DNA of 62,532 nt, counting the filler, from Choristocarpus tenellus KU-1152 (taxonomy: Eukaryota > Protista > Phaeophyceae), in assembly GCA_964200185.2 (NCBI GenBank). It is 11 parts of 11 records of this genome, joined end to end, with 100 filler letters (N's around TTAATTAATTAA, not from the genome) between each part and the next. Parts side by side here need not be neighbours in the genome. Positions count along the whole stretch, not along the records: positions 36,732 to 42,492 come from CAXNAD020009820.1; positions 42,593 to 59,197 come from CAXNAD020000803.1; 9 more parts are not named here. The stretch is one strand, 5' to 3'. Within the stretch, counting starts at the first letter, position 1. Each line of letters opens with the position of its first letter. Both the position numbers and the translations under genes were made by a program. The notes below the pieces were generated by a model. That model saw nothing but the letters and a program-made list of their open reading frames with translations. It was not told the DNA's origin and did not search any database. Shown here one piece after another: positions 38,101 through 50,901 of the stretch.

Positions 38101-39648
38101 ACCGTTGCATCTAGATTGAATGATGGACCACCTTTACAAGGACTGTTATTCTTCTGTCCAAACTCCATTGGGTGTTGGAGATTATGCCCTCATCATAGCA
38201 TCACCTTACCCCACAAAAGCCGCGCAAGTGTTATAATCCCTGGTGCTCCTCTTCCGATCAGGTTGTTGTTGCCGCTCACTTGATAGCAACAAGATTATTG
38301 AAGATGACCGGGTCTAACGTAAACTTCTTAACTGCCAAACTTAGAACTGCAATTGTAGAAGATGCTGAAGAGGATCAGACCAAGAATACCCCTGCCTCAA
38401 GACATGACCAACCTCGAATCACTCAGTGTACCCACCATTATTCGTGCGATCACACGCTCTCATACCATCATGGAACTATTGGATGACAGAGATCACCTTC
38501 GGAGATACCCCAAAGTTGGTCAGCACAACTCACAGGATCAACATTGTCAAACACTTCTATAGATCGAAAAAACACATGAACACAACCTTCCCCAAAAAAG
38601 AAAACCGCACCTTGACCGGGTTCGAACCTTTGCATTCTTGTCACAAAAGGAATTAAATTTATATTCAAAAGGAATACTAAATCGTTGATCACATGGTTTG
38701 GACTCATTCCCTTCACTCCAGATCCTCTTAGACATAAAGGCCTGATCTCTCGTCGATGCAGGGCTCTCCTTGCCTGTCACTTTCTTTCGTAATTCATTAC
38801 GCTTAATCAATTTCTTAAAAAAGTAATGGGTGCGATCAACGACAGTCGTGTTTTTGACTATGTCGCGTCAGCCACGAAGTGGTTCGTCATCCTCTTGAGC
38901 GCAATCATGGTTGTGCATAACGTCGTGCTGAGAAGCTGGGCCATCGGGACGTTTTCGTCTGCTGAAATGTGAGGTTCGGTAACCCCTCAAATCGTTACCG
39001 CTGTTACACAGATCGCGATAGGCCATCCTAGTTTCCTTTGCTACGATGGTAGAATGGTAGAGACCTATTTGTATATCTTGTGACTACTATGGAAAACCAA
39101 AAAAGCAATGAACACCTTGTAAAAGCAGCAAAGGAAAAGGGAGAGACTGTGTTTCTAGTACTGCATGTCTAACAAAAGAAGTTATTATTAGTGAGGATCC
39201 TCCATTTTCATCCCCAAAAAGGTTTCATCTGTGCTCAACGTTCCAGAAGATCGGTCCAAGTTAGGCGTGGTTTGTTAATGTGCTGGTCACTTCCCCTCCC
39301 CCCCCTCCCCCCCCCGCCGCGGTGCATGAGTCAGCCACTTGAACAACTTCCATGAAGCGGGAAAATTCGACGGGTCTATGCTGATCGATGCTAATGGGAA
39401 CTATTCGATTAGGCGATACGCCCCTTCTCTTCGTGAGTTTCTTTGTTGGGAAGTTCTTACCCCCAACCAAGGGCATGCAATCGTTGAACTCAACTGCCAC
39501 TGTCAAGAATAGCCTCCTTATAGTATATCTTAAGCATTAGCCGCTCTGTTCCACCCCTGAAATGCTTTGATGACAAGAAGGCAAGAACTGCGAAGAAGAC
39601 TTACGCAAGTTGTATCAACCTTGAGCGGTGACAATTGTGAGGTTGCAG

Positions 39649-40081
39649 GCTCGTCGATTACTTCTTTCGGACGTCACTCTTTCTTTCATGGGTCACGTTT
39701 GTTTCAGTTCGAGAGATTCTCTGGTGGAGTTATTGTCGGCCTTCAAACACAATACGTCAACCTTTGAATACCACCCTCATCGTTCTGCAACCTTTCTCCA
39801 TACCCCTTGTCACCCTCTTGCTCAATCTGCATGTACCCTTCCCTTACACCCAACCTTCAAAATGTGTACTCTTGCTGGTGAGGTCAGTGGGAAGGTTTCT
39901 ACACATTCTCCCCGCTGGTGTATGGAGTATTATCGCGCCCTTCCAGCTAAACCCGTCTTTCCGAGCCCGTCATCGGACAGCACACCGACGGATAGGCCGG
40001 GTGTTCGTTGCCCTCAGTTTCTTAATGTCCTTGGGATTGATAGCACTGATTCAGGACAATGCGACATTCATTCCTTTCAAA
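39649..40081 (+). CDS. DUF2306-like membrane protein, partial (clearest exon ~39895-40081)
   Basis: FLHILPAGVWSIIAPFQLNPSFRARHRTAHRRIGRVFVALSFLMSLGL shows the DUF2306 H..P..QL..R..HR..GR pattern. Other exon boundaries uncertain. Confidence 0.6.
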
Positions 40082-40319
40082 GTGGGCCCTTGAGGTATGT
40101 GTATTGGTGGGGGGTGTTAATGAAATTGGTGCTCCCAAGACTTGTGTGTGTATGTAAATGACTCGAATATTCCTTTCGTGTGCGGCCATGGGCGGCTGGA
40201 AGGATACACTGTTATCTGATGATCACATCAGAGTCAGCAGCGATTAATTCGACGAGTCAAGATGGTCTGAACGTGAAATAGGCAAGGCGAGTATGGCGAT
40301 GGCTGCTCTGGTGATGGCT

Positions 40320-40747
40320 TTTGGATGGGTTCGCGGAAAAAGTGGCGAGCAACCCTTACAGTCCTTACGAAGTTTTCCAAGCTCTAATGAACCACTTTAG
40401 GAGAAGTGGTATCACCGAAAGGGCCAACATGCGATCATTCATCGGTCAAACAATTATATTTATTATGCATGGCACTTAGTTGCTCCTCTTCACTGGGTTC
40501 ATCATCCAGGGATCGCATTTTCTTTACACTGCTATCCAGTTCCATGATGACTGTGGGCGAATCCTCACCAGTAGGTATCCTCACCAGTAGGTATCCTCAC
40601 CAGTAGGTAAATGTAAAGAATTTAGCTTCGATAGGATGTTGGCCCTTTCAGTGATACCACTTCTCCTAAATTGGTTCATTAGCGCTTTGAAAACTTCGGA
40701 AGGACTGTCACGGTTGCTCGCCGCTTTTTCTGCGAACCCATCCAAAG
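40320..40747. repeat. ~110-bp inverted repeat (40320-40432 / 40634-40747) made of copia gag-like sequence
   Basis: tttggatgggttcgc..gaaagggccaacat versus its reverse complement. Loop holds 3x atcctcaccagtaggt. Confidence 0.85.
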
Positions 40748-42060
40748 CATGTTAAAGAAATTGGTGTTCCCAATACTTGTATGTAAATGACTCGATTAAT
40801 TTCCTTATTATGCAGAACAGGTTGTACATGAAGTAAGGAAGGTGTAAGGAAGGAGAGTGAGCTTCAAAGCTCAAAGGGGGTCATCACCTTACGACTCACA
40901 TATTCTAATATCACGTCACTCAGTCCGTTGTACTATAATAACCCGCGGAAAATATTTTCGTAGTCACCTGACAAAGACATTACTATCAGTTATCCCATTA
41001 TCCAACAATATTTCAACAATACTTCAACATCTCAATGTTTCTCCCACAGAATCATATTTTACACATGAATAAAAAAGCATATTCTTAACAGGGGGTATTC
41101 TACAGGTTCATTAATTCTCTTCTCGTCCCACCTCCGACAATCATGAGGGGTTCGTGAGCTATGTGTAAGTTTGCTGTGGTGTGTGATCCTGAGAACTACG
41201 AAGGCAAGGTATCATTAGTGATTGTGAAGGTGTTCGGGTGGGTGAGCTAACTCCAAGAAGTTAGTCAATGCCGTTTAATTCAGTCCATGAGAATGTGTCA
41301 AGTACGCCGACTCCTCGCCCCTCCTACCAAGTCTTTTTTCACAGACAACGTCACTAAGTCCATGTCAGAGTCTACCTTGAAGAGAGATGATTTTCACTTT
41401 TGTCCCTTCTTTTCCCACTGCCGTTGTTGTCACGCAATAGTCGTACATGGATCGCAAGCACCGGCTCTTGTTTGACTGAGGAAAATATCACCGACCAACA
41501 GGATTAAGAAAAAAAAAAATTATTTGAGGTATCGAGATTTGTTTTTTTTTCCATTGCGTGAAACAAAATCTGTGGTGGAACTACCCTTGTCTCTGTCCAG
41601 CGGTGAAGTTACTCTTGACGTACCTTACCTAATCCAGGAAGACATGTAGCTTTTGAGAGAGAGAGAGAGAGAGAGCTGTGGAGGTGAAGCAGTCGGAGAT
41701 GATCAAGCGATGCTTAAAAGGGGTAATATTGAGAGGGTGCTGCTTACCGTAGTCCCCTACGTGTAACCCTCCTCCGTATTCCCTCTCAACCTACCCTCCA
41801 CCCTCTGCATTGGTAAGGAATGGAGAGCTGAAGGAGCTTTCACCTACTCAATGATTGGTTGGTTCTTCTGGACTGCTGCTCTGGCTTTGCACCATGCCAG
41901 GGCCAAGAACTTCCAGGAGCACAGGTCAAGCAACACCGAAAAGCTTCTTGGTGCAATTCTTTTTTTTCGGTGCTGTTGATTTGATTTGAGTTGAGCCTGT
42001 CGAGGGGTACCTTCCGGACCGGAGAGGACATTGTCACGATGAATCCTGTCTGCAGAGTTC

Positions 42061-42100
42061 AAAAGAAAGTTGAAAAGAAAGTTGAAAAGAAAGTTGAAAA
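42061..42100 (+). repeat. 12-bp tandem repeat (aaaagaaagttg)x3
   Basis: Seen directly in the sequence. Confidence 0.85.
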
Positions 42101-42199
42101 GGGCCGAAGGAGGAGACAGACATCTCTCTCTCCTCATTTCTCCATTTTTACCAAAGAACCGATTGCCCACGTCAAAACAGGACAGACTCTTCTGTCGTA

Positions 42200-42238
42200 G
42201 GGGTTAGGGTTAGGGTTAGGGTTAGGGTTAGGGTTAGG
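42200..42238 (+). repeat. Interstitial telomeric-type repeat (TTAGGG)~6; shorter tracts at 35501-35520, 36165-36187, 45451-45466, 47113-47125
   Basis: gggttagggttagggttagggttagggttagggttagg. Confidence 0.85.
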
Positions 42239-42639
42239 TTCTGCGTCGAAGAGAAGTGGATGCATTTTTTTGTTTGTTTTTACTGTTGTTGGCTCCGGCT
42301 GTTTTTTGTGGAGGGTGTTCTGTGTCCCGGAAACAGGATGTATGCCCTGTGCACTGTCAACTATTTATTTGGACAATAAATAGGGATGCCTTGCTCAGCC
42401 ACATGTCAATGCATTTGCTGTAGATGCAGTTGTCTTTGCTTGCAGTGTACGGGACTGAGATGATGCCTTTTGTTGGAGATTTGTGTTCCCCCNNNNNNNN
42501 NNNNNNNNNNNNNNNNNNNNNNNNNNNNNNNNNNNNTTAATTAATTAANNNNNNNNNNNNNNNNNNNNNNNNNNNNNNNNNNNNNNNNNNNNAATAAATG
42601 GCGATGGTGTCACAGTGGTGGGGTATCAGATGTAGGGGG

Positions 42640-42795
42640 TGACTGGAAACCAGCGGCGAGGGGGGTTCACACTAGTTGGTCACCAGAGGTGGGCGGTGGC
42701 TGGAAGTCAAGGGCGAATGGAGTTCGCATTGGTTATTCATCGCAGGGGGGATGACTGGAAATCAGTGGCGAAGGGGTTGCACTGGTTGGTCACAA
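42640..42795 (+). repeat. Three degenerate ~56-bp tandem units; a single copy also at ~5472-5515
   Basis: gactggaaa.cag.ggcga.gggg....cact.gttggtca. Confidence 0.7.
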
Positions 42796-43139
42796 GTGGT
42801 TGCACAATGGCGAATGGGTGGAATATATGTTTAATAATAAAAATAATCCAGAAATCGTGACGAAACCAAAATGTCAAAGTACATCATAGTAAATGAAATA
42901 TATGTATTTGTTATTTCATTATATAATTTGTATTGGTATTTTCGATGTTAGATTTTTTAACCTTTCAATCAAATCGTTCTAAGGATATCGAGAAAATCTC
43001 ACGATATGTTCAAATATATCGACGAAAATCTACGATAATTGTTTTCACAAATGAACATGATACAGCACCCTGGAATCAAAGGCATCCACAGGCGGCGTAG
43101 GAAGGAGACTGTAGATAGTGGCAAGTCAAGAATCGAGAT

Positions 43140-46100
43140 ATGTCGAGAGTCAAAAGTACTCTCACTGCGGCGGCCATGCTTGGAGTTTGTGGCCGGTCGG
43201 CAGCCTTCGTCTACAAGGCTAGCATCGTACGCACAGTTTCGTTCAACGGTGCTGCTCACATGGCAAAACAAGGTACGCAAATTGGTCAATAACTCGACAT
43301 CTCCTGATTTTGATAGCGTCTTTTTTAGACCACGTGCTTTTGTCCCAAGAGTTAATGATCCTACATTGGTGCCCGGCGTGTAACCATGCCGGCCTTTCCT
43401 TTGATCACCATAGCCTGCCCTGGAATTGCGTTCTTGAACTTCTTTACAAGCAGTACGGGGCGTCTCCAAGAACGTTGAAGCGTCCTGCCTCCGCATGTCG
43501 GATTCGGAATTCGATGATTACAGCAGCCGTGTCACGTTCATGTTCCCTGGTCAGGGGGCTCAGTATATGGGTATGGCGGCCACCATCTGCGACGAGGTGA
43601 ACGTTTCATTACAACATAGTCCTGTGTCCGTATTTTATATTCCAATCTTACTTCTCACTGCGGCATTGCTTGTGTTTGCTCAATTTGATCGCTGCAGGAG
43701 AGTCTCTGCTGTTGACCTCATCATTTGGTGATCCGATGATTTATGTGTTCAATTGTTTGTGGTACATGCTACTCTCGATCTCACTCTCAAGTATTGACCT
43801 ATGGCGTCCGTGCTTCATATCTCATCCACCATTGCTGCAAAATCCTGCCGCTGCATTACTGAGCAAGGTCCCAAAGGCGAAGGAGCTGTTTGACAAGGCC
43901 ACAGGTATCCTCGGTTACGACCTCCTAGACAAGTGCACCAACGGACCAAAGGAAACCTTGGACTCCACGGTGAGATTGCGCGAGTTTGCTTGGGGTGAAG
44001 ATAATATTGGTCGGACTATAACAGCAGCGAGATTCTTTGATGAATAATGAAGTACAAACAATTAGGGCAAACTAGTGGACGAAGACATAGACTTCCGATT
44101 AATTGTCTCACCCTGACGGCGCTCTGACCGTATCCCAGATTTTCTCTTCGTTATTCGAAGGGAAAATTTAGTCTCTCGAGCTCCAATTAGAGTGAGTGCG
44201 GTTGATCCAACAGGGGTTAGGGATAGGGTTGTAGACATCAAAACCCTTGTGACAAATTTTCAGCATTGTCCAAGAAATTTCTATTGCTGACCCTTTTTCT
44301 CTTCGTCAGGGAGCATATATTAGATGCCCAACACGTGTTTGAAATGATACATCTCCACGGTCAACCCAGCCCCCAACTCTGTACCCTATCAATTTAATCT
44401 ATTTTCTATCTTCAAAACTGTGCTTATCAGGAGGTAAGCCAACCAGCCATCTTCGTTTGTTCCATGGCTGCATTGGAAAAACTCAAGTTGGAGAAAGGTG
44501 AAGAAGCACTTGAGGAGGCAACTTGTGCAATGGGACTGTCGTTAGGAGAGTACTCTGCTCTCTGCTTTGCGGGAGCCATGTCCTTTGAAGATGGGGTCAA
44601 GGTTACAAAGGCTAGGTAAAATACCTGGTTCATTTATTCAAAACACATTTTCTGCACTTTCTGTTCGTCTACTGTTAGCAAGTTGCCCAATATCCATTTG
44701 TGCATCCATTCACTTTACCAAACTGATCTGCTGATGTGATAACCTTGCAGGGGTGAAGCCATGCAGGCAGCATCTGATGCCACTGACGGAGCAATGGTAA
44801 GCGTGATTGGTCTCAAGTCGGATGTGGTCAAGGAGATCTGTGCAGCAGCCACAGAAAAGAGTGGAAAGCCTGTCCAGGTGAGGGTATACTATAATGAAGT
44901 GCACCTCCTAGTCTTGCTTTGAACAAAGTGTGTGGGTGTAAGAGAGGAAGGCTTTATTGGTAGACCTGGTGTTTTTATTTTATTTTTACAAGGGTGGTTG
45001 AAAGGTGTGATGAAACTGTCAAATTGAGACATCAATTGTACCATTTGGATGCACTTTGGAAAAAATGATGGTTGGTGATGTGCCAGGTCTCTTCTCATTC
45101 AAATACTCGTGGAATTGATGTTTTGGTGATTACAGTAATTGGTCAGTCCTTCGTTAGATTAAATAAATCTGACTGGGTAATCACGTCCATGATGCAGAGA
45201 TTCTTTTTTTTCTTTTTTATATTTCTCAAAATTTGTGAAAAAAGTTTGTTTTTTCGTACCTTGCCTGCACAGATGCCATACGCCACATTCATGTGTGCTT
45301 TATTGTTGTGACAAATTGGTCCTACCACAAGCTTACAGAGAATGCAATTCTTATTTTGTGGGAGGTTGGTGATTTCAGATGTTCATCATATTTTCAATTT
45401 GTAAAATGACAGTACTGAGTCCTTGTGCGTGCGTAGGTGTATTGATTTATGTTAGGGTTAGGGTTAGTGATGCGTGTTCAATATTCGTTCACACTAAGTA
45501 TTCACTAAGTTGTGGATAAGGAGACAATGCTCAACCTCAACTCACTAGTGTGACGACCACTGTGAATACAGTGTGGACCTCAGTGATACCTCCAAGCTTG
45601 AGGGCTGTGTGCTTCCCGTGCTCTTTGTATGGCAGCATGCATCATATGCCTAGCAGGCGTTTGTTTCATCTCCCAGTAGTTATCGAGGGAGATGAAAATA
45701 CACTTACAAAGACTCAGGACCATGTTGTGTCAAAGCTCCTTGCCAGTGTCATTTATTGACTTATGGTCACACTCACACTGCCATCATTACCTATTCGTGG
45801 TGTTGAGGTGAATCACAATGCATTTCAGGGTTATCACTCTAACCCTTACCTGTAGCGACAAGCACCATAATTGTGACAGCATGCATGGTTGCTGTAAGGA
45901 ATGTTCTATTCCATTCTTAACACCAACTTTTGTCTTCTACTTTGAATGGCTTATCCTATCTTGTTCCCACTAAATTGTCCAATTGTGTTTTCCATCCAGA
46001 AATCAGCACTATTTCAGAAGCAGGATGCTATAATTTGTGATGTGACATGCCTACTGGACCGTTCTACTCGAGTAATCAATATGTTCCTAAGCCCTAGCCC

Positions 46101-48523
46101 TATGCCAAGGTCAAAGGCCAGTGTGGTCTAGTAGACACTCAAAAGGCAACACTTGAATTGCTTATGATGAAGTGGAATGACCTGTATGCCACATGGAGTC
46201 ATTATGCATTGTTTGAATTGTAGTTTTAAACATGTCCCTCTGTCCTTAATGTTTGTTTCACTTGTACTACTTTTAAAGTATCTTGCACTTTTTTGCACAC
46301 TTTGTTACTAGCTCTATGTCTGACCTGTGGGTGCAGCTGCTTTTGTAGGACGAATATGTAGTGCTGGTAGTCCTATCACTGTATATTCCAATGATAACCA
46401 ATTTTCATATTGGAAGGGCTCCTCACCTGTCCACGGATCTTTTCCTCATTAGTTTTCCATTTTTTGACCTGATTATAATCTTGGTAGTACTTTTCACTGC
46501 TACAAGTACATTTACTTCCAAAAAGTTTGTGTCTGTCGTGTTTTGTTGGCCACTACTGAATATTCGACTTGCTTTTGCAAGTACGTATTTTATGTCAACA
46601 AAGCACGCTCTATGAGTGAGCATCCATGATCCTGTCCTTGCATCACCTTCCAGAGCAGGGTGGAGGTAGGTAGGCTATGAATATTTTGGTACTGCTGTAG
46701 CAAGAATTCTAATCTGCCCACAGTCAAGCACCACTGTTTTTTTTGCATGGTCTTCTGTATGCACTATCAGTGGTGTGGAGTGATCTCCAAGATGTATTGA
46801 ATTGTGCACCCGTGTGTGTTGTTGTCATTTTCTTTGTGTGTATGCTTTCTACAATAATATATACTTAAGATAATTGAACCTCTCCGCCTAGGTCGGGAGG
46901 GGGGGGGGGGGTTGTTGCTAAAGTTGACTGAGGTTTGGTAGGTGGCATTGCAAATGCCCACTATGGACAGAGGGTTTACTTCCTTACCAGATATCGCATG
47001 CAAATGAATCCCCTTGATGATCTCCTGAGTCTTGTTATTTATCTTAGTGTGACTTTTTGTTGATCTTGCAATTAGAATACATGTCCCATACCAACTTTTG
47101 TTGTCTGTTTTGCCCTAACCCTAACATTTCTTTGCCCTTAAACCCTACCTTACCCTACCCCGATGTAGATTGCGAACTATTTATGCAACGGCAACTATGC
47201 TGTTTCTGGAGCCTCAGAGGCTTGCGATGTTGTCGCGCAGATTGCCAAGCCTGACTTTAAGGCCAGAATGACTGTCAGGTTGGCTGTGGCCGGTGCGTTC
47301 CACACAGACTTCATGGGCAATGCAGTGTCCAAGGTGCACAACCCATGACCCTCCCCCTTACAAACGATATACTCGAAGTTGATGTTTTTGGTTCTGCCAC
47401 TGTTCATTGCTTTTGCAATTCTACCTCTGGAATAGTGTAATTTTGAGGACTTGGGCCAAATGGGTTACTGAGTCCTAGTAACTCTATCCAAAAATTAATT
47501 GTCCCACCCCAGAAGGAGATCTGTAGGAGAGAGGGTCTGTATGGCTGGCTAACTGTCTGCACCTTTTTTGTGGACGCTGTGAGATTTTATCTTTTTATGT
47601 CACTTCATTTATATTTTGTTGGGAAATTGGGAGGTGCAGGATGAACATCTTGTATTTCTTTATTGTATGATATCTTGTTAAACTGGTGTGTTCAAACTGT
47701 TTTTTGAAAAGGAGATGAGACGAGGGGATAGTGTCAACCAGTGAGATTTCTTGCTGAGGGCTGGTATGTGATTCAGTTATTATGCTGCATTTGAAATCCC
47801 CCTCCCTCTTCACATCGTCATCTGTACACCCTTTTTGTAACATGTTAACATGTGTTTTTTTGTGAATTGGTGCTTGCTTGTATTGGTGAATCATTGTTTG
47901 GTCTTGATATTTGCCCCCTCTGCAGCTGGGTGCTGTTCTTGAGGAAATTGAGATCAAGAAGCCCCGCATCCCGGTCATCTCAAATGTGGATGCCAAGCCC
48001 CACTCTGATCCAGCGGTGATCAAGGAGATCCTCAAGAAGCAGGTAAACTTGAGCCCTATTCTTTATTGCTGAAGTATAGTCTATTGTTTGCTACAGTTTG
48101 GTCTAAAGAACTTATCAATCTTCTGTCCAAGTGTCCTGTAATATCTACACCTTTTTGATTTACAACTTGAACTTCTGTTCTGGTTCTCAAAAGTATATGC
48201 TGAGCCATGGGTTAAGACTCTATACTGATTTTAGTAAATATTAAGAGTGCAACTGTAGTATGGTTGCCTTGCATGTAGAGTAGTACTTGAGCAAAACGCT
48301 GCTATCCAATGTCCTGTCCTGGTAATGTTGCCATTAACTTTTCTTCTCACCACTTGGATGCTCCAATGATCAGGTCACCAACCCTGTACAGTTCGAGCAG
48401 AGCCTTGGCAACGTGCTGGGCAAGGGATATGAGTATGGCTTTGAGTGTGGGCCAGGCAAGGTTGTGGCTGGTATCCTCAAAAGGGTGGACAAGAAGGCAC
48501 AAATAACCAGTGTTGAGGTCTGA
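43140..48523 (+). CDS. fabD: Plastid malonyl-CoA:ACP transacylase, 8 exons (43140-43272, ~43451-43596, 43868-43969, 44431-44615, 44751-44877, 47169-47333, 47926-48042, 48374-48523)
   Basis: FMFPGQGAQYMGM, SQPAIF, catalytic GLSLGEY, ARGEAMQ, IANYLC, VAGAFHT, QVTNPVQF, ECGPGKV. Presequence MSRVKSTLTAAAMLGVCGRSAA-FV. Confidence 0.95.
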
Positions 48524-50901
48524 ACTGTCCTTGGCACAGGTGGCCACCTACTGCAATACTAGGCTAGCAAGCTAAGGGAATTCACAAGCAGTGCTGTGCT
48601 TTTGTGTGTGCAGATGTAGTACTGTTCATTGAGGCCTATTAGTGGTGACCCATGTACTGTATCTTGAGGCTCCATGACACCCAAGTAGCTCATATGCCTT
48701 TTGTATTAAGATTTGAATAGGAATGATACTCTCACCTGCAGGAACACCTGCATTTTGACAAAGTATCAGAATTGGTGCCTACTACATGAGTGCTGTTGGC
48801 CAGGTTCAGTGTAAGAGCATCAAGCTACTGTTGAGCCTGTGCAGGAGTTCAGTGGAATATGGACAAGGTGCTGAGGGTGGGGGGGCAATGCCCCCACGGC
48901 ACCACTGATAGATTTTTAGTGCTTGAAGTTGTAGGAATTGCTGCTCAAAAGCAGTACCCTTGGCAATACATTTGTCAATAGTAACAATGTTTGGGAAGGA
49001 GAAGGTCACTCAAGGAGGTCAATAGCCCATTGCTCGCAGGGTGCATGGCAATACAGAGGTAGAGCTGCTGGTGTGGCAACTATACCAATTAATAGAGGAG
49101 GCCGGAGGGTGGAAAGCCACTCCTCAAATGAGGTGTTATTCTCGCTGGGTTTCCAATGCAAATGGGAAGGGTGCAAGCCTGGTGCCATGCGGAACTAGGA
49201 TCAGAGTAATTAGTGCTTCTGCATCCCGCGCAGAGATATGTTTTTTTCTCCAAGTTCTGGTGGCACCTTAATGATCTGTTATTGTTCTACAATCTCTATT
49301 GAACTACAAGTACTGCACGACTGACCTGCAGTCATTTTTTCATTATGAGAGAGCAGTACATGGATACTATTGATACTGATATTGTAACTCCTTACCCCTA
49401 ACTGTGCAACCACAGATAGGCAAAAAACAGAAGAAACCTTTTCAACCACATCTTGGAAAACCCAATAGTCGTTCTAGACCTGTTCTAAATGTGGGTTGGC
49501 ATGTGTCCATGTCCAGTTTGAATTGAGGGGATAGGATGAGCTGTGGTATGTTGTGTTATGGTAAGTTATCAAAAAGCTTGCTGAGTACCCCAAGTATATA
49601 TAATCAAGTTGGTACAACCACTCTTCATGTAGTCAATTGGAGGGGAAATAGCATGTGAACCATGGAGAAGGTGAGGATACTCTAGAAGAGAGAGCAGCAC
49701 AACAATCAATTTATCCCCTCCCTTTTTAATGTTTTAATAATCTCTGCTCTAGTTTGAAGTAGATCTGAGTTGCTATGATGGCAACCGGCTCGAAGTATCT
49801 GTGGGGGGGGTGGTTTGTGAGGGGGCCATCCATTTCGGTCAAAAAACTCTTTTTTTGCTTACATTTCAAATCCGACACGTGCGACCAAATCTCACCAAAA
49901 AAGTGAAAATCGAAAAAAGGGTAAAAACGAAAATTAATACTACATTCATCTCATGGCCTCCTAGAATATTCCTTGCCAGTGATAAGGAATATTGAATTAC
50001 ATCTTGTTTTTGAAATAGAAACCATTATTTGCAGTCTAGCTATTATTGCCACTACAAAATCTAAAGGATGATGTTCCACCAGTATCAACTATTGATATCA
50101 ATAATAGACTTGCTCTCCCACTCTACCATACAAGGAGCACCTCTCCACCTTGAACTATTATGCCGAAATCAAAATGTACACCAGAAATTAATTCAGCCGT
50201 ACCATCACAAGACTAACCAGTGATTGAGACTACGCTTAACTCCTTGCCATGGTACATGGCTAGTCTCTGCGTATGTTGATCCCTGCTGCAGCATTTTTCC
50301 AAACATTTATACACCTTACCCTTACCCACCAGATGAATATGATATGATAGTCCCTCTCTCTTCCAGGTTCAGCAATGAGCATCCATCTGCCCTATTCACA
50401 TTCAATACTCCCAACTCGTATCTATACATCAAAAGGTAGTGAACTTCATGTTGAATTTCCTCTTTGCATGCGCTGTAGCCTATGTCCTCTTTAGGGATAC
50501 TGCTCTCCTCTCTAACCTGATAACTACCACAGCATGTCCAACACCACGTGGGAAAGCATCACCTTATCCACAAGCTTAGTTTTCAGTGAGCACATTGACA
50601 CAAATGAGACACAAACACATAAATGTGAACATTGATCATTGAATGAGGTGAAACATGCCCTTTCTACCACTTTGCAAGTGCAAAACTTGCAAAGTGGTCT
50701 CACGCGCAAACATAGTCTTTATATTCTTATTATTACTTAGCGCCTTTACACCATGGACAGGTCAGGGGTGAGTGGACTCTCCTAGCTTCTAAGACAAAAC
50801 CCAGCACCACCTGGGTCAGCCCAGAATAGCCACCTCTAGGACAAATTGATGAAACTGCCCACAATTCAGCTTGGAAAATGAGTCCATCTTGCACACTTCA
50901 A

